Source of the DNA: a virus
Lineage: Duplodnaviria; Caudoviricetes
DNA length: 64,000 bases
Reading direction: 5' to 3' (one strand)
Virus record (IMG/VR): IMGVR_UViG_3300035498_000745
Coordinates: 1-64,000 of that record
Shown: positions 20,349 through 30,002 of the stretch, piece after piece
How positions within the stretch are numbered: position 1 is the first letter of the stretch
Layout of the letters: the number at the start of each line of letters is the position of its first letter
The notes under the pieces: generated by a model
Told to the model about the DNA's origin: nothing
What the model saw: the letters and a program-made list of their open reading frames with translations, nothing else
Databases searched by the model: none
Made by a program: the position numbers and the translations under genes

Positions 20349-22961
20349 TCAATCATTAGCACCATTAGGTTTATCAGTAGAATTAGGAACTCTCATGTCA
20401 TGCTCTACATTCATCTTATACTTAATTCTCTGATGCTGTCTTTCTAGATTTCTCTGAATCTTTTCTAAGTCTCTTACTTTCTTGAGATCATTATTGTTTT
20501 CTGCCTGAGAAATGTATCTCTCGCACATCTTAAGCTCAATTTCAATATCATCAAGAACTAACTGCCTCTCTTTATTCTGCATCTTTTTCATACAGATAAA
20601 TGTACCAAGAGCTCCAATAACAGCAACAGCTGGATTAATAGCCCAAGCCGCACCTGTAGCTAAAGCAAGTTTAATACATTTAGAAGCAGATGGAATAATA
20701 CGACCTTTAATAACTGCTTCTCTATTACCATTCATTACAGCTTGTTCCATACCCTTAGATACATTATTTACTGAAACATCTATTTCGTTAGATATTTTCT
20801 TTTCTTTATCAGATAATTTAAGAGCTGTTCGTTTAAGATTATTGATTGCTAATTTTAATGTATTAGTAAACTCCATTTCTGTTACATAAGTTTCTTCTCC
20901 ATTAATATTAGCCAACTCTTGTAATGACTTGATATATATCATATTTTCTTTCATGGTCTTAGGTTCATGAGTAGATCCAATATTAGAGAATTTATAGATA
21001 TTCTCATTAAGACAATCTATTCTCTTAGATTCCTCTACAGAACGATTATTTAATCTACGAAGATTATCTCTTTCTACAGTAAGAGCTTCGCATAACTTTT
21101 TACGCTCATGTAATACAGGAACAGTGATAACAAAATCTGTTGCTACATCAATATCATCATTTGATAACTTGAGAATATTATCACAAACCATACCATCTAA
21201 GTTATCATCTATAAGTGTTTCTGAAAGTGTAGTCATAAGATTAGCCATTACACAAATAGATGCTCCTGTAGTATATGATGCTTCATCCATCTTTTCATCA
21301 TCAAAATCAGTATCCCAATCATCATCATCAAAGTCCCAATCATCGTCATCTAAATTATAATCGCTATCGTCAAAATCATCATCGTAATCATAAGCTCCAC
21401 GCTCATCATTTTCTTCTTCTGAGAAATTATTACGATCATATTCTCTTAACTTCTCAAGATCTTTCTTTAATTCATCTCTATATTTTGTATAGCGATCCTT
21501 ATCATCATCATTCTTAGCTTTATCAATCTTACCCTTAACAGTCTCTAATTCTTTTGTATAAGCATTAATAATCTTTTCCATCTGTTTACGTTCAAGAGTA
21601 AGTTTAATAATCTGATCTGTAATTAATGTAACTACTCCCAAGATAGGATTAATTGCTACAGTACTTATGATGAATGAAGCTCTAATAATACTAAAGATAG
21701 ATGGAAGTTCATTAATAATCTGAAATGGAGTTCTAGTAAAGATCTTATTAACTAATCCTTTCAAACTAATAATATTCTTATTACCATCCTTTTCTTTAGC
21801 ACAATTATCTCTGAACTCATCTACCATCTGTTTAACTTCTTCATCACGCTTCTCTTCTGGATTACCATGCTTAGCATTATATTTAAGCATTTTATTAACT
21901 TCTTTAACATCTTTCTTAACCTGCTTCTTAGCATGTTTGATATCATTCTTCTTCTGATTTAGAGTCTTTTCCAAACTCTCAGTAAACATATTTAAATCAT
22001 TTCCAAATCTATCAGGATCTATAAAATCTATACTAGTATCTTCATCACTTACAGGAATTTGCCACATATACGCAGAATCATTAAAATCACATTCTTCAAA
22101 TAATACAGATGATGTAGAAAGTGATTTAATATCAGAGATATCATGCTCACTTAATCCTTTACGGAAAATAAAATAATCTGTAACAGATTCAATTATCTTC
22201 TCAGGTTCAGTATAGATATGATTCTTAGCAAGACTATAATATGAAGTCTCTAATGCGGCACTATATCTTGCTTTAAATGAAGAATTATATTGATCGACAC
22301 ATTCTGCTATATCATAGCATGTCTGATAAATATCTCCCTCATTAGATTCTACTATGTAATCAATATCAAAATTCTTAGAAATCTTAGAGTAATTCTCTAA
22401 TACTCTATCACATTGTTTAGCTTTAGATGCTGCTTCATATAGCATATTAAAATACTTATCTACTACTTGCTCATTAGCAACTCCTGTAGAACCACCACCA
22501 GAAGCTATTCCAGCTTTAGTAATGGTATTAGTAATATTTCCTATAGCAGATGTAATAGCATTGTTTACATTACCAAGCTTATTATTAATCTTAGTAGTTA
22601 TTTTAGTTTTTAATCTTGAATTCTTATACTTAATAGAATTCATTAACTGTGTAGCATCTCTAACTTTATCTACATTTTCTAACAAAAAATAACACTGAGT
22701 CCTAATTACAGACTCATTAGAATTAAGGAATAACTCTGAAAATACATCTAACGCTTTATTAAATGCAGCATTAGAATTCTCTGAAAGATTTTCTAAATTC
22801 TGAATGGTATTTATTGCATTATTCTCACAAAATACTCCATTCTCAGTATAGATTCTAGACTCACCAATTACAGAACCTTTGGCTTTAAATTTATCGGTTC
22901 TCATACTCTGACGTCTATTGATATCATCAATAGTAATCTTCATATCATAACCTCCTTTCAC
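20349..22961 (-). CDS. Large probable internal head protein
   Basis: 870 aa, coiled-coil segments, acidic linker, two hydrophobic AINP-containing hairpins. Confidence 0.55.
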   Translation of the reverse strand: MKGGYDMKITIDDINRRQSMRTDKFKAKGSVIGESRIYTENGVFCENNAINTIQNLENLSENSNAAFNKALDVFSELFLNSNESVIRTQCYFLLENVDKVRDATQLMNSIKYKNSRLKTKITTKINNKLGNVNNAITSAIGNITNTITKAGIASGGGSTGVANEQVVDKYFNMLYEAASKAKQCDRVLENYSKISKNFDIDYIVESNEGDIYQTCYDIAECVDQYNSSFKARYSAALETSYYSLAKNHIYTEPEKIIESVTDYFIFRKGLSEHDISDIKSLSTSSVLFEECDFNDSAYMWQIPVSDEDTSIDFIDPDRFGNDLNMFTESLEKTLNQKKNDIKHAKKQVKKDVKEVNKMLKYNAKHGNPEEKRDEEVKQMVDEFRDNCAKEKDGNKNIISLKGLVNKIFTRTPFQIINELPSIFSIIRASFIISTVAINPILGVVTLITDQIIKLTLERKQMEKIINAYTKELETVKGKIDKAKNDDDKDRYTKYRDELKKDLEKLREYDRNNFSEEENDERGAYDYDDDFDDSDYNLDDDDWDFDDDDWDTDFDDEKMDEASYTTGASICVMANLMTTLSETLIDDNLDGMVCDNILKLSNDDIDVATDFVITVPVLHERKKLCEALTVERDNLRRLNNRSVEESKRIDCLNENIYKFSNIGSTHEPKTMKENMIYIKSLQELANINGEETYVTEMEFTNTLKLAINNLKRTALKLSDKEKKISNEIDVSVNNVSKGMEQAVMNGNREAVIKGRIIPSASKCIKLALATGAAWAINPAVAVIGALGTFICMKKMQNKERQLVLDDIEIELKMCERYISQAENNNDLKKVRDLEKIQRNLERQHQRIKYKMNVEHDMRVPNSTDKPNGAND

Positions 22962-23050
22962 CGGTTAGTATTACTATAAAGTTAACAGATTTGGTACCCA
23001 CTCTAGAACATAAATATAAGTATCGATACATATAAAAATCCTAGGAGGTA

Positions 23051-23887
23051 ATGAATATGAATGATAGAGCTATTGGCAATATTATTCTGGAAGGAGCCAG
23101 CACCGCTGAAGATGCAGTGATTACAGATTGCTCTAATAAAAGGGTAATTGCCGAAGGAACACTTCAAGATATGGATAAAGAGAATAGAAATAGAAGAATT
23201 TATGCCAAAGCTGATCTAGTACCTGAGATTAATGGTGATCGTATGAAGGAGCTTATTAAAGCTAAACAGTTCTGTGGAGAATATGGTCATCCATTATCTG
23301 ATGATTTAGTTAGACAGCAGACTATTGATCCTAAGCTTGTATGTGTTAGATTTATAAAAGTTTGGGTTGAAGGTAATTTGATTAAAGCCCAATTTAAGGG
23401 AACCAATAATGATTATGGTAGTTATTTTGATGCTGATCTGCGTGAGGGTTGTTTACCAGCATTCTCTTTAAGAGCTCTTGGCACTATAGATAATATACAG
23501 GGCAAAGCTTATGTTAAAGGAATCAAAATTATTACATGGGATAGTGTAATTTATCCTTCACATAGGGTAGCTTATACTGAAAAGATTGTTACTGAATCTG
23601 CTATAGATGGTAAACCATCATTTGAGAATCAGATAGTTGTACCTGAAAATGATCCCGGAACAATTATTACTATTACTAATAGCGATGCTATGGAAGTAAT
23701 TAATCGTCTTCAGAGAGAGTCTGCAAACTTAACAACGATTGTTGAAACATTTGATGGTATTTATGATAGAATTGATCTATTAAATGAGAATAGTTTACGC
23801 ATGACTTCAAGATATGGAGATAAGATTATTGTTAATTTAGAGCAACACGTTAGTAATCTTATTATGGATTATGTATTTAAGATGTAA
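23051..23887 (+). CDS. Prohead core protease (T4 gp21-like)
   Basis: NRNRRIY, GEYGHP (His), FSLRALG (Ser), TWDSVIYPS (Asp). Confidence 0.88.
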   Translation: MNMNDRAIGNIILEGASTAEDAVITDCSNKRVIAEGTLQDMDKENRNRRIYAKADLVPEINGDRMKELIKAKQFCGEYGHPLSDDLVRQQTIDPKLVCVRFIKVWVEGNLIKAQFKGTNNDYGSYFDADLREGCLPAFSLRALGTIDNIQGKAYVKGIKIITWDSVIYPSHRVAYTEKIVTESAIDGKPSFENQIVVPENDPGTIITITNSDAMEVINRLQRESANLTTIVETFDGIYDRIDLLNENSLRMTSRYGDKIIVNLEQHVSNLIMDYVFKM

Positions 23888-23904
23888 AAAATAATAAAAA
23901 AATT

Positions 23905-23933
23905 TAAGCCATAGGGTAATTCCCTATGGCTTA
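23905..23933. terminator. Bidirectional terminator
   Basis: TAAGCCATAGGG/CCCTATGGCTTA 12-bp stem between convergent genes. Confidence 0.85.
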
Positions 23934-23945
23934 TGTTTTGACTGT

Positions 23946-24326
23946 TTACTCATCATCATCAGGTGTTTCTTCGTATATATAACAAATTTTAAATGAGAGA
24001 AGTCTTAATGCAGCTTCACTCATATAGCAGCTCTCTACATGATCCATATATTTAGCATCCATATAAGATACAATGTAGCCATTTGCAATCCCATCAAGAG
24101 TACTGCATTTAACTCTTTCTATCATTATGATACAATCATCATTAATTTTGATAGTATAAAATTTAATATCTGGAGCATAGTGGTCGTAATCTCTCATTAA
24201 AACATTATAGTCACAAAGCCTAATCATATCAGTAGACCATTGGCTTATTGGTGTATTTTTGAACTCATTAATAATACATTTTGTTACATTTTTTATTGCC
24301 GTGTAGTTAATATTGGTAATAATCAT
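23946..24326 (-). CDS. Hypothetical protein
   Basis: 126 aa with AAGGAG RBS. Confidence 0.6.
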   Translation of the reverse strand: MIITNINYTAIKNVTKCIINEFKNTPISQWSTDMIRLCDYNVLMRDYDHYAPDIKFYTIKINDDCIIMIERVKCSTLDGIANGYIVSYMDAKYMDHVESCYMSEAALRLLSFKICYIYEETPDDDE

Positions 24327-24349
24327 GATCTTTCTCCTTTAAATAGTTT

Positions 24350-24538
24350 TTAATGGAAACTTAAACTTATTGCTCTACGTATTGATTCTAAAGCAGATCT
24401 GTTATACTCTAAATCCCTTTGTCCGTCTACTTTGACTACATCAACATTAGGTTTAGAGTTAGAAATATATTTATCATTGTCTGATAAATAATCTTTCTCT
24501 TTCTTGTTTTCTTCAAACTTTTCAGCCATCTTATTCAT
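24350..24538 (-). CDS. Small hypothetical protein
   Basis: 62 aa with AAGGAG RBS. Confidence 0.55.
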   Translation of the reverse strand: MNKMAEKFEENKKEKDYLSDNDKYISNSKPNVDVVKVDGQRDLEYNRSALESIRRAISLSFH

Positions 24539-24545
24539 CTCCTTT

Positions 24546-25340
24546 CTATATACACATTATATTTTTTTGACCACCATTTATAACTATAGAATATTCAGAA
24601 CCTTCATTGTTATACTCTATAGAATTATAATAATGTAGAGAATACTTATAAAAATTATCATAAGCCCATCTGTTAAATGACTCTATATCTATCCAGTACC
24701 AATTGTTAATGTCATATGAATTACGTATATATATCTTACTTCCATTTAAAGATATTGATATTCGTATTTTCTTTTTATCACTGGCAATGCTAAGTAAATC
24801 ATCCTCAATCTTAGAGAAAGTTTTAAAGTCATATACGATCTCTCTTATCACTATGAGATAATGCATAAATATGGATCTTCTTTTATATCCACGATTCACA
24901 GGATCATAGACAGATAAACGATTATTATATGATAATGCTATAAATTCTGCCATATCTATACCAAAATTATTCAGAATATCAATCTGATTATTGGCAAGAT
25001 ATATAACTGTTTCTACTTCAACTGCTGATTCTATATTTAATCTATATGAACGATTAGAAGCAATCAACACGTAATCAACTACTTGATCTTGATGATATAA
25101 TTCATGAATGATTGTCTCTATTATAGTACAATAATACTCATATTCAGAATTAACAAATCTGGATATTACTTGAGGATAGATCTCGACAATATTAGGACTG
25201 AACGATGATCCACCTATTTCAGATTCCGCTAAGCACAACCAGTTTATTTTTAGTACTGCTATATTGCATGTATTAATTTTGCCATTATAATAATTAAACA
25301 CCCTCCTTATAAAATTTTCAACATATTCTTTATTTATCAT
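24546..25340 (-). CDS. HExxH metallopeptidase-like protein
   Basis: TIIHELYH followed by a downstream E. Confidence 0.6.
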   Translation of the reverse strand: MINKEYVENFIRRVFNYYNGKINTCNIAVLKINWLCLAESEIGGSSFSPNIVEIYPQVISRFVNSEYEYYCTIIETIIHELYHQDQVVDYVLIASNRSYRLNIESAVEVETVIYLANNQIDILNNFGIDMAEFIALSYNNRLSVYDPVNRGYKRRSIFMHYLIVIREIVYDFKTFSKIEDDLLSIASDKKKIRISISLNGSKIYIRNSYDINNWYWIDIESFNRWAYDNFYKYSLHYYNSIEYNNEGSEYSIVINGGQKNIMCI

Positions 25341-25421
25341 TTTTTATCACCTCACTTTAATATATAATATATCCTTCAAAGTAATATTGCCAGATTAAAC
25401 ACTTTAATAATATTAAAGGAG

Positions 25422-26183
25422 GTGCTTAATATGTATAAAGATAGCAACGTTCCAGCAAATAGAATGTCTAAACTCTTAGATAAAATAGAACGTAGACTTG
25501 GTACAGTCTTGCTTAATCTTCCTGAGACTATAGGAAAAGATTATTGGGTGCGTATAATTGAAGATGATTCACTCCCAGTGTTTAGTAGATTCTTCCCATA
25601 TAAAGTTATTACAATTATAGACCATACTTGTGAAAAAGATGGATTCTATTTTATTGATAAAGACTTACCAGAAGGTAGTATAATCTTAGGTGTTAAAGAT
25701 GTAGATTGGAATGCTTATCGTTGTAATAATGGATATGATAGGTATAACTTCTTATCTACATATGGAGCTGATGAAGTAGCATTGACTCAGGTATCAGCAG
25801 ATTATATGTCTTTCTTTAATTTAGGAATCTATATAGAATTTTTACCTCCTAACAAGATTAAATTAGTTTCAGTAAATGGATCATCTGTTACTAGATTTAG
25901 ATCATTTCCACTAGGAGTATTTATTCAGCATCCATCTAATCTTATGACTATATCACCAACAATGATGAATATATTTGAAGATTTATGTACTGCTGATGTA
26001 GCAACTTTCTTATATGAACAGCTTAAACACTTTGATGATACTGAAACCTCATTCCTTACCCTTAGTCTTAAATTAGAGACTATTCAGGATTGGAAAAATA
26101 AAAGGGATGATATTATAAGTAGATTGGATGAAGCTCATACCACTACAGCAAATGAAGATCAGATATTAATTATGACAGTTTAA
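25422..26183 (+). CDS. Late protein, possible neck/head-completion protein
   Basis: 253 aa, late promoter 25398-25409; function tentative. Confidence 0.5.
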   Translation: MLNMYKDSNVPANRMSKLLDKIERRLGTVLLNLPETIGKDYWVRIIEDDSLPVFSRFFPYKVITIIDHTCEKDGFYFIDKDLPEGSIILGVKDVDWNAYRCNNGYDRYNFLSTYGADEVALTQVSADYMSFFNLGIYIEFLPPNKIKLVSVNGSSVTRFRSFPLGVFIQHPSNLMTISPTMMNIFEDLCTADVATFLYEQLKHFDDTETSFLTLSLKLETIQDWKNKRDDIISRLDEAHTTTANEDQILIMTV

Positions 26184-26185
26184 AA

Positions 26186-26211
26186 TTACAGGTGGGTAAA
26201 TCCCACCTGTA
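26186..26211. terminator. Bidirectional terminator
   Basis: TACAGGTGGG-TAAAT-CCCACCTGTA. Confidence 0.8.
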
Positions 26212-26961
26212 TTATCTTTCAGTTGCATTTACTTTGCTAAAGAAAGAACTATTATTTGAATTATTGTAATTATTTCTATTACCATTTTTAGGTAATGAAT
26301 TAAATGAAACATAATTAGTTCCATTTTCTGGTCTGCCTAAATATGATAATAATCCTTGAGCTGCAAGATACATATTGAAATTAGATATAAAGTAATTAAA
26401 CGATAAGAATTTATTCACATCAATAAAAAAATTTACTGCATCACTATTCATATAAAATCTAACTCCAGTTATATAATTACCATTATCATACTTTACCACC
26501 GCAGGTTCTATCTCAATATATTTACCAAATGATATATCTATTTTTTCACTATATGTTTTAGTTGGTACCATTGCTCCATTACTACTTTTGGCAAATATTG
26601 ATTTGGCTCCGGTAAACCATTTTGATGCTTTATTCAATTTAAATTGTAAAAAATATATGTCATTCTGTGTAATCTGAATTTGATCTTTGAATCCATTATT
26701 ATCTTTCCTTACTGATTCTATCTGTAAGAAATAATCAAAATCTCTGTTTATGCTTACAGCAAATCCATTCTTAGCAGAATATCCAAATTCTTTATGATAA
26801 TTTTCTTTACCTCTATTTTCTGTATATCTATTAAGTCTTACTACAAACTTAACTACCCAATCTTTGTTCAACCAAAATACTGTATCTGAAATACGGTCAT
26901 AATCATTATGAACTATAGTAACCATCTCAGCCATCATAACACCCTCTATCAATACTATCAT
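26212..26961 (-). CDS. Hypothetical protein (likely start near 26937)
   Basis: 249 aa ORF; N-terminal MVTIV motif. Confidence 0.65.
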   Translation of the reverse strand: MIVLIEGVMMAEMVTIVHNDYDRISDTVFWLNKDWVVKFVVRLNRYTENRGKENYHKEFGYSAKNGFAVSINRDFDYFLQIESVRKDNNGFKDQIQITQNDIYFLQFKLNKASKWFTGAKSIFAKSSNGAMVPTKTYSEKIDISFGKYIEIEPAVVKYDNGNYITGVRFYMNSDAVNFFIDVNKFLSFNYFISNFNMYLAAQGLLSYLGRPENGTNYVSFNSLPKNGNRNNYNNSNNSSFFSKVNATER

Positions 26962-27077
26962 TACTTAAAAGTTTTACACTATATAAAATCAAAAAAATAA
27001 TACTATAGTTAGATGGATTGATCGGGCAAGGATTAACCTTGCCCAAATCCATCAAAGTAGTAGTATGCCGAAAACTG

Positions 27078-28304
27078 TTAATCGTCCTCAAGAGTTACAA
27101 GAGTAAGATTAACGAAACTGTCAACTTCTTTAAGGTATTCGTCTTTGCTATTATACAATACACGAATATACTTCCCTTCAATGTTAGAGTCGATTCTGAA
27201 GCAGAAATCAAACTCTTCTTTCTGATCTTCAGGAATTTCGATCTCCGTCATAAATATATTCTTTTTTGTACATTTAGCATCCCATTCTTTTAACGCTTTA
27301 GATACGGCTCCATTTGTAAGTAACCAGAGAAGGCAATCTACCTGTTCTCTGGTTGTACCATTATGCCTTCCTTTGATAAACTTATAATGTTTATTCAATT
27401 TATTAACTCTCTTATCAAGAGTTGCTCCAGGCATTGGATCCTTCCTTTTTGCATTGGTAGGATTGTAGTTTGAATAATTAAGTTTACCAATATTTCCATA
27501 TTGTTGTGGTGCAAACTGCTTAATTGGTGCCGGATAATATGGATTACCGAATGCATCATACATAACCTGCTGCTGATACTGCTGTGGTACAGGCTGCTGC
27601 TGACATGAATTAGCATGTTCATGATGATGGTGTCCGCAGCATGGATTTACATGCGCAGACTGCTGTGGAGGATTATTATCTTCTCTAACAATGAAGTTAT
27701 TGATATTAAATCCTAATCCTCCTAAATCCTTGTTAGCACTGGAATTCTGATGTACCGTATTAATCACCTGATCAATACTAGGATTGCTTACAGGCTGTTC
27801 AACAACGGCTTCTTTTTCTTTAGATGGTTCCTGCTTGGACTGTTGCTTTTTAAGCGGCTCATCCTTCTTCTTAGAAGTTTCTGCCTTGTTAGTTTCATCC
27901 TTCTTAGGCTGATCCTTTGGAGCACTGTCAACAATCAATTTAACTGTTCCCTGATTATTTGTCCCCTCATTATACTGATTCTCTAAAGACTTATCAGTAA
28001 TCAATTTAACTGTTCCCTGATTATTAGATTCTTCTTCCATAAATGAAAGAACAGAATAAACAATGTTGCAAAATTCTGATAAGCTAATAACTCGTACATT
28101 CTCCAGTTGTTTATCAAGACATGCAAATGCATCAACGATATCAACACCATTCTTTAATGCATTATTGATACTGAAAGCTACAGAAGCAATATTTAATTTA
28201 CCTTCTCTATAACTATCCTGTACTTCATCTGCAAACTGGACATTTGCGTTGCTAAATCTTAATGTTGCACTCTTTGCAATATCTACTACATTTTCTTTTC
28301 TCAT
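27078..28304 (-). CDS. Hypothetical early protein with Q/P/H-rich disordered centre
   Basis: 408 aa, AAGGAGG RBS, duplicated NNQGTVKLI segment, CCGHHHHEH patch. Confidence 0.7.
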   Translation of the reverse strand: MRKENVVDIAKSATLRFSNANVQFADEVQDSYREGKLNIASVAFSINNALKNGVDIVDAFACLDKQLENVRVISLSEFCNIVYSVLSFMEEESNNQGTVKLITDKSLENQYNEGTNNQGTVKLIVDSAPKDQPKKDETNKAETSKKKDEPLKKQQSKQEPSKEKEAVVEQPVSNPSIDQVINTVHQNSSANKDLGGLGFNINNFIVREDNNPPQQSAHVNPCCGHHHHEHANSCQQQPVPQQYQQQVMYDAFGNPYYPAPIKQFAPQQYGNIGKLNYSNYNPTNAKRKDPMPGATLDKRVNKLNKHYKFIKGRHNGTTREQVDCLLWLLTNGAVSKALKEWDAKCTKKNIFMTEIEIPEDQKEEFDFCFRIDSNIEGKYIRVLYNSKDEYLKEVDSFVNLTLVTLEDD

Positions 28305-28380
28305 TTTATTTTCCTCCTTTTTAATAATGCATACTACTTTATTACTCCTATATTATACAATTAAAAATAATATTATTAAT

Positions 28381-29901
28381 TCATTTTTTAAACACTGGCA
28401 TACACATTACTTTCTTAACTTTGTACTTATCCCTTATAACAGCAGCTCTTTCTTGTATATCTATATCTGGCATTGCTACATCTCTACATGATTTAGCATA
28501 TGTAGAGAATACAGGTTTCTTAGCAGAATAGTATCTTTTAGTAAAATAGAATCCTTGATCTACTAAATCAAAATAGAAAGTATCATTAGCTCTACATCTA
28601 CCAAGAGTTTGTCTTGCTAATACAGAAGACTTAAATGGTTCAGCTAAATTTATAGTACAACACAAGTCTGCTATATCTTGAGCAGCACCGCAAGATTTAG
28701 TTGTAGATAATATGATCTTCTTATACAAATTTAACTCTTTAGTTTCTTTTTCAGATAAACTAGTATACACCCCCACGCTATTAACTAAAAATGGGAAATC
28801 TTGAATTATGTGATCTCTAACTCTCATAATGCCTGCGTTGGTGCCTATATAAATAAGAATCTTGCCATTCATCGGTAAAACCATTTCTATTAATATAGTT
28901 ACCATATCTAAAAACATAGGTCTATTTACTATATAATCAACATATCTATTTCTATCAAATCCATAAGCATTCTTACATTTATTTATATCCATAGGTGATG
29001 GGTGTGAATTAAAATGGAAAGCTACATAATTAACATGTGGATCAGTATCTTCATTAAATAAGACTATAGATGGAATATTTTTAAAATATAATTGATAGAT
29101 ACTATTCTCATCTTCATTAGATCTTTCTGGTGTAGCGGTAAGATATATAGTCTTCTTTGTATTTGAATGGTAATCAATTTTTGACATGTTATCGAAATAC
29201 AAATGAGCCTCATCAAATACTTTTAATGAGCATTTTAAATACTTAAAAAACTCATCTACTTTATCCCATCCATTCTTATCTCCATAAGATTTTATAGTAG
29301 AATGAGAAACTAAGAATATTTGATAATCTAATGGATTTCTACATTGTAATTTGGATATAGATCCTGCTCCAGAAACAGTAAATATCTGATTATCATTCAA
29401 TGGAGTATACTCTAATATTCTAGCTCTCCATTGATCTAACCAATTTAATGAGCTAGTAATAATTATAGCTCTAGCTCCAGTAAAACATATTGCTCCTACA
29501 GTGACAAATGTTTTACCAGATCCAGTTGATGAATTTACTGACAATTGGGATTTAGTTCTTGTATATATATATTTACCATCACCAATTAAGAACTTTAATA
29601 TCTCTACTTGTCTATCATCTTTAGTAAGATACTTTATAGGTATAGGTTCAGTATCCACATATGGATCACATTGTTTATCAACAATAGCATTGCAGCAAAA
29701 CATATTCTCCAAATAACCAATATCTAATCCTCTTGGAACTATAAGTTTTCTTTTTTCATCATCATATTCAATAAATCGTATAAATGATGTATGTCTTAAT
29801 TTATCATATACTGAAAAACAATATTCTAACCTTGGGCAATCTCCCATGTCATAATTATTTATTTCTATTCTAGAATGTTTTAATACTACTTTATTTTGCA
29901 T
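28381..29901 (-). CDS. Superfamily 2 DNA helicase (UvsW-like)
   Basis: TGSGKT, FDEAH, LTATP, QTLGRCR. Confidence 0.9.
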   Translation of the reverse strand: MQNKVVLKHSRIEINNYDMGDCPRLEYCFSVYDKLRHTSFIRFIEYDDEKRKLIVPRGLDIGYLENMFCCNAIVDKQCDPYVDTEPIPIKYLTKDDRQVEILKFLIGDGKYIYTRTKSQLSVNSSTGSGKTFVTVGAICFTGARAIIITSSLNWLDQWRARILEYTPLNDNQIFTVSGAGSISKLQCRNPLDYQIFLVSHSTIKSYGDKNGWDKVDEFFKYLKCSLKVFDEAHLYFDNMSKIDYHSNTKKTIYLTATPERSNEDENSIYQLYFKNIPSIVLFNEDTDPHVNYVAFHFNSHPSPMDINKCKNAYGFDRNRYVDYIVNRPMFLDMVTILIEMVLPMNGKILIYIGTNAGIMRVRDHIIQDFPFLVNSVGVYTSLSEKETKELNLYKKIILSTTKSCGAAQDIADLCCTINLAEPFKSSVLARQTLGRCRANDTFYFDLVDQGFYFTKRYYSAKKPVFSTYAKSCRDVAMPDIDIQERAAVIRDKYKVKKVMCMPVFKK

Positions 29902-30002
29902 TATACCTCACCTCTCAGTATTAGTCATTATTATTAAGTCTGTATAGTGATAAAAAATAATAAACTGTGGGAATTATATCCCACAGTTTATCATCTGTTA
30001 AA

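Noticed and set aside
19418-21517. His- or Met-rich ORFs overlapping acidic genes
   Set aside because: Shadow frames of GAT/GAA-rich coding sequence
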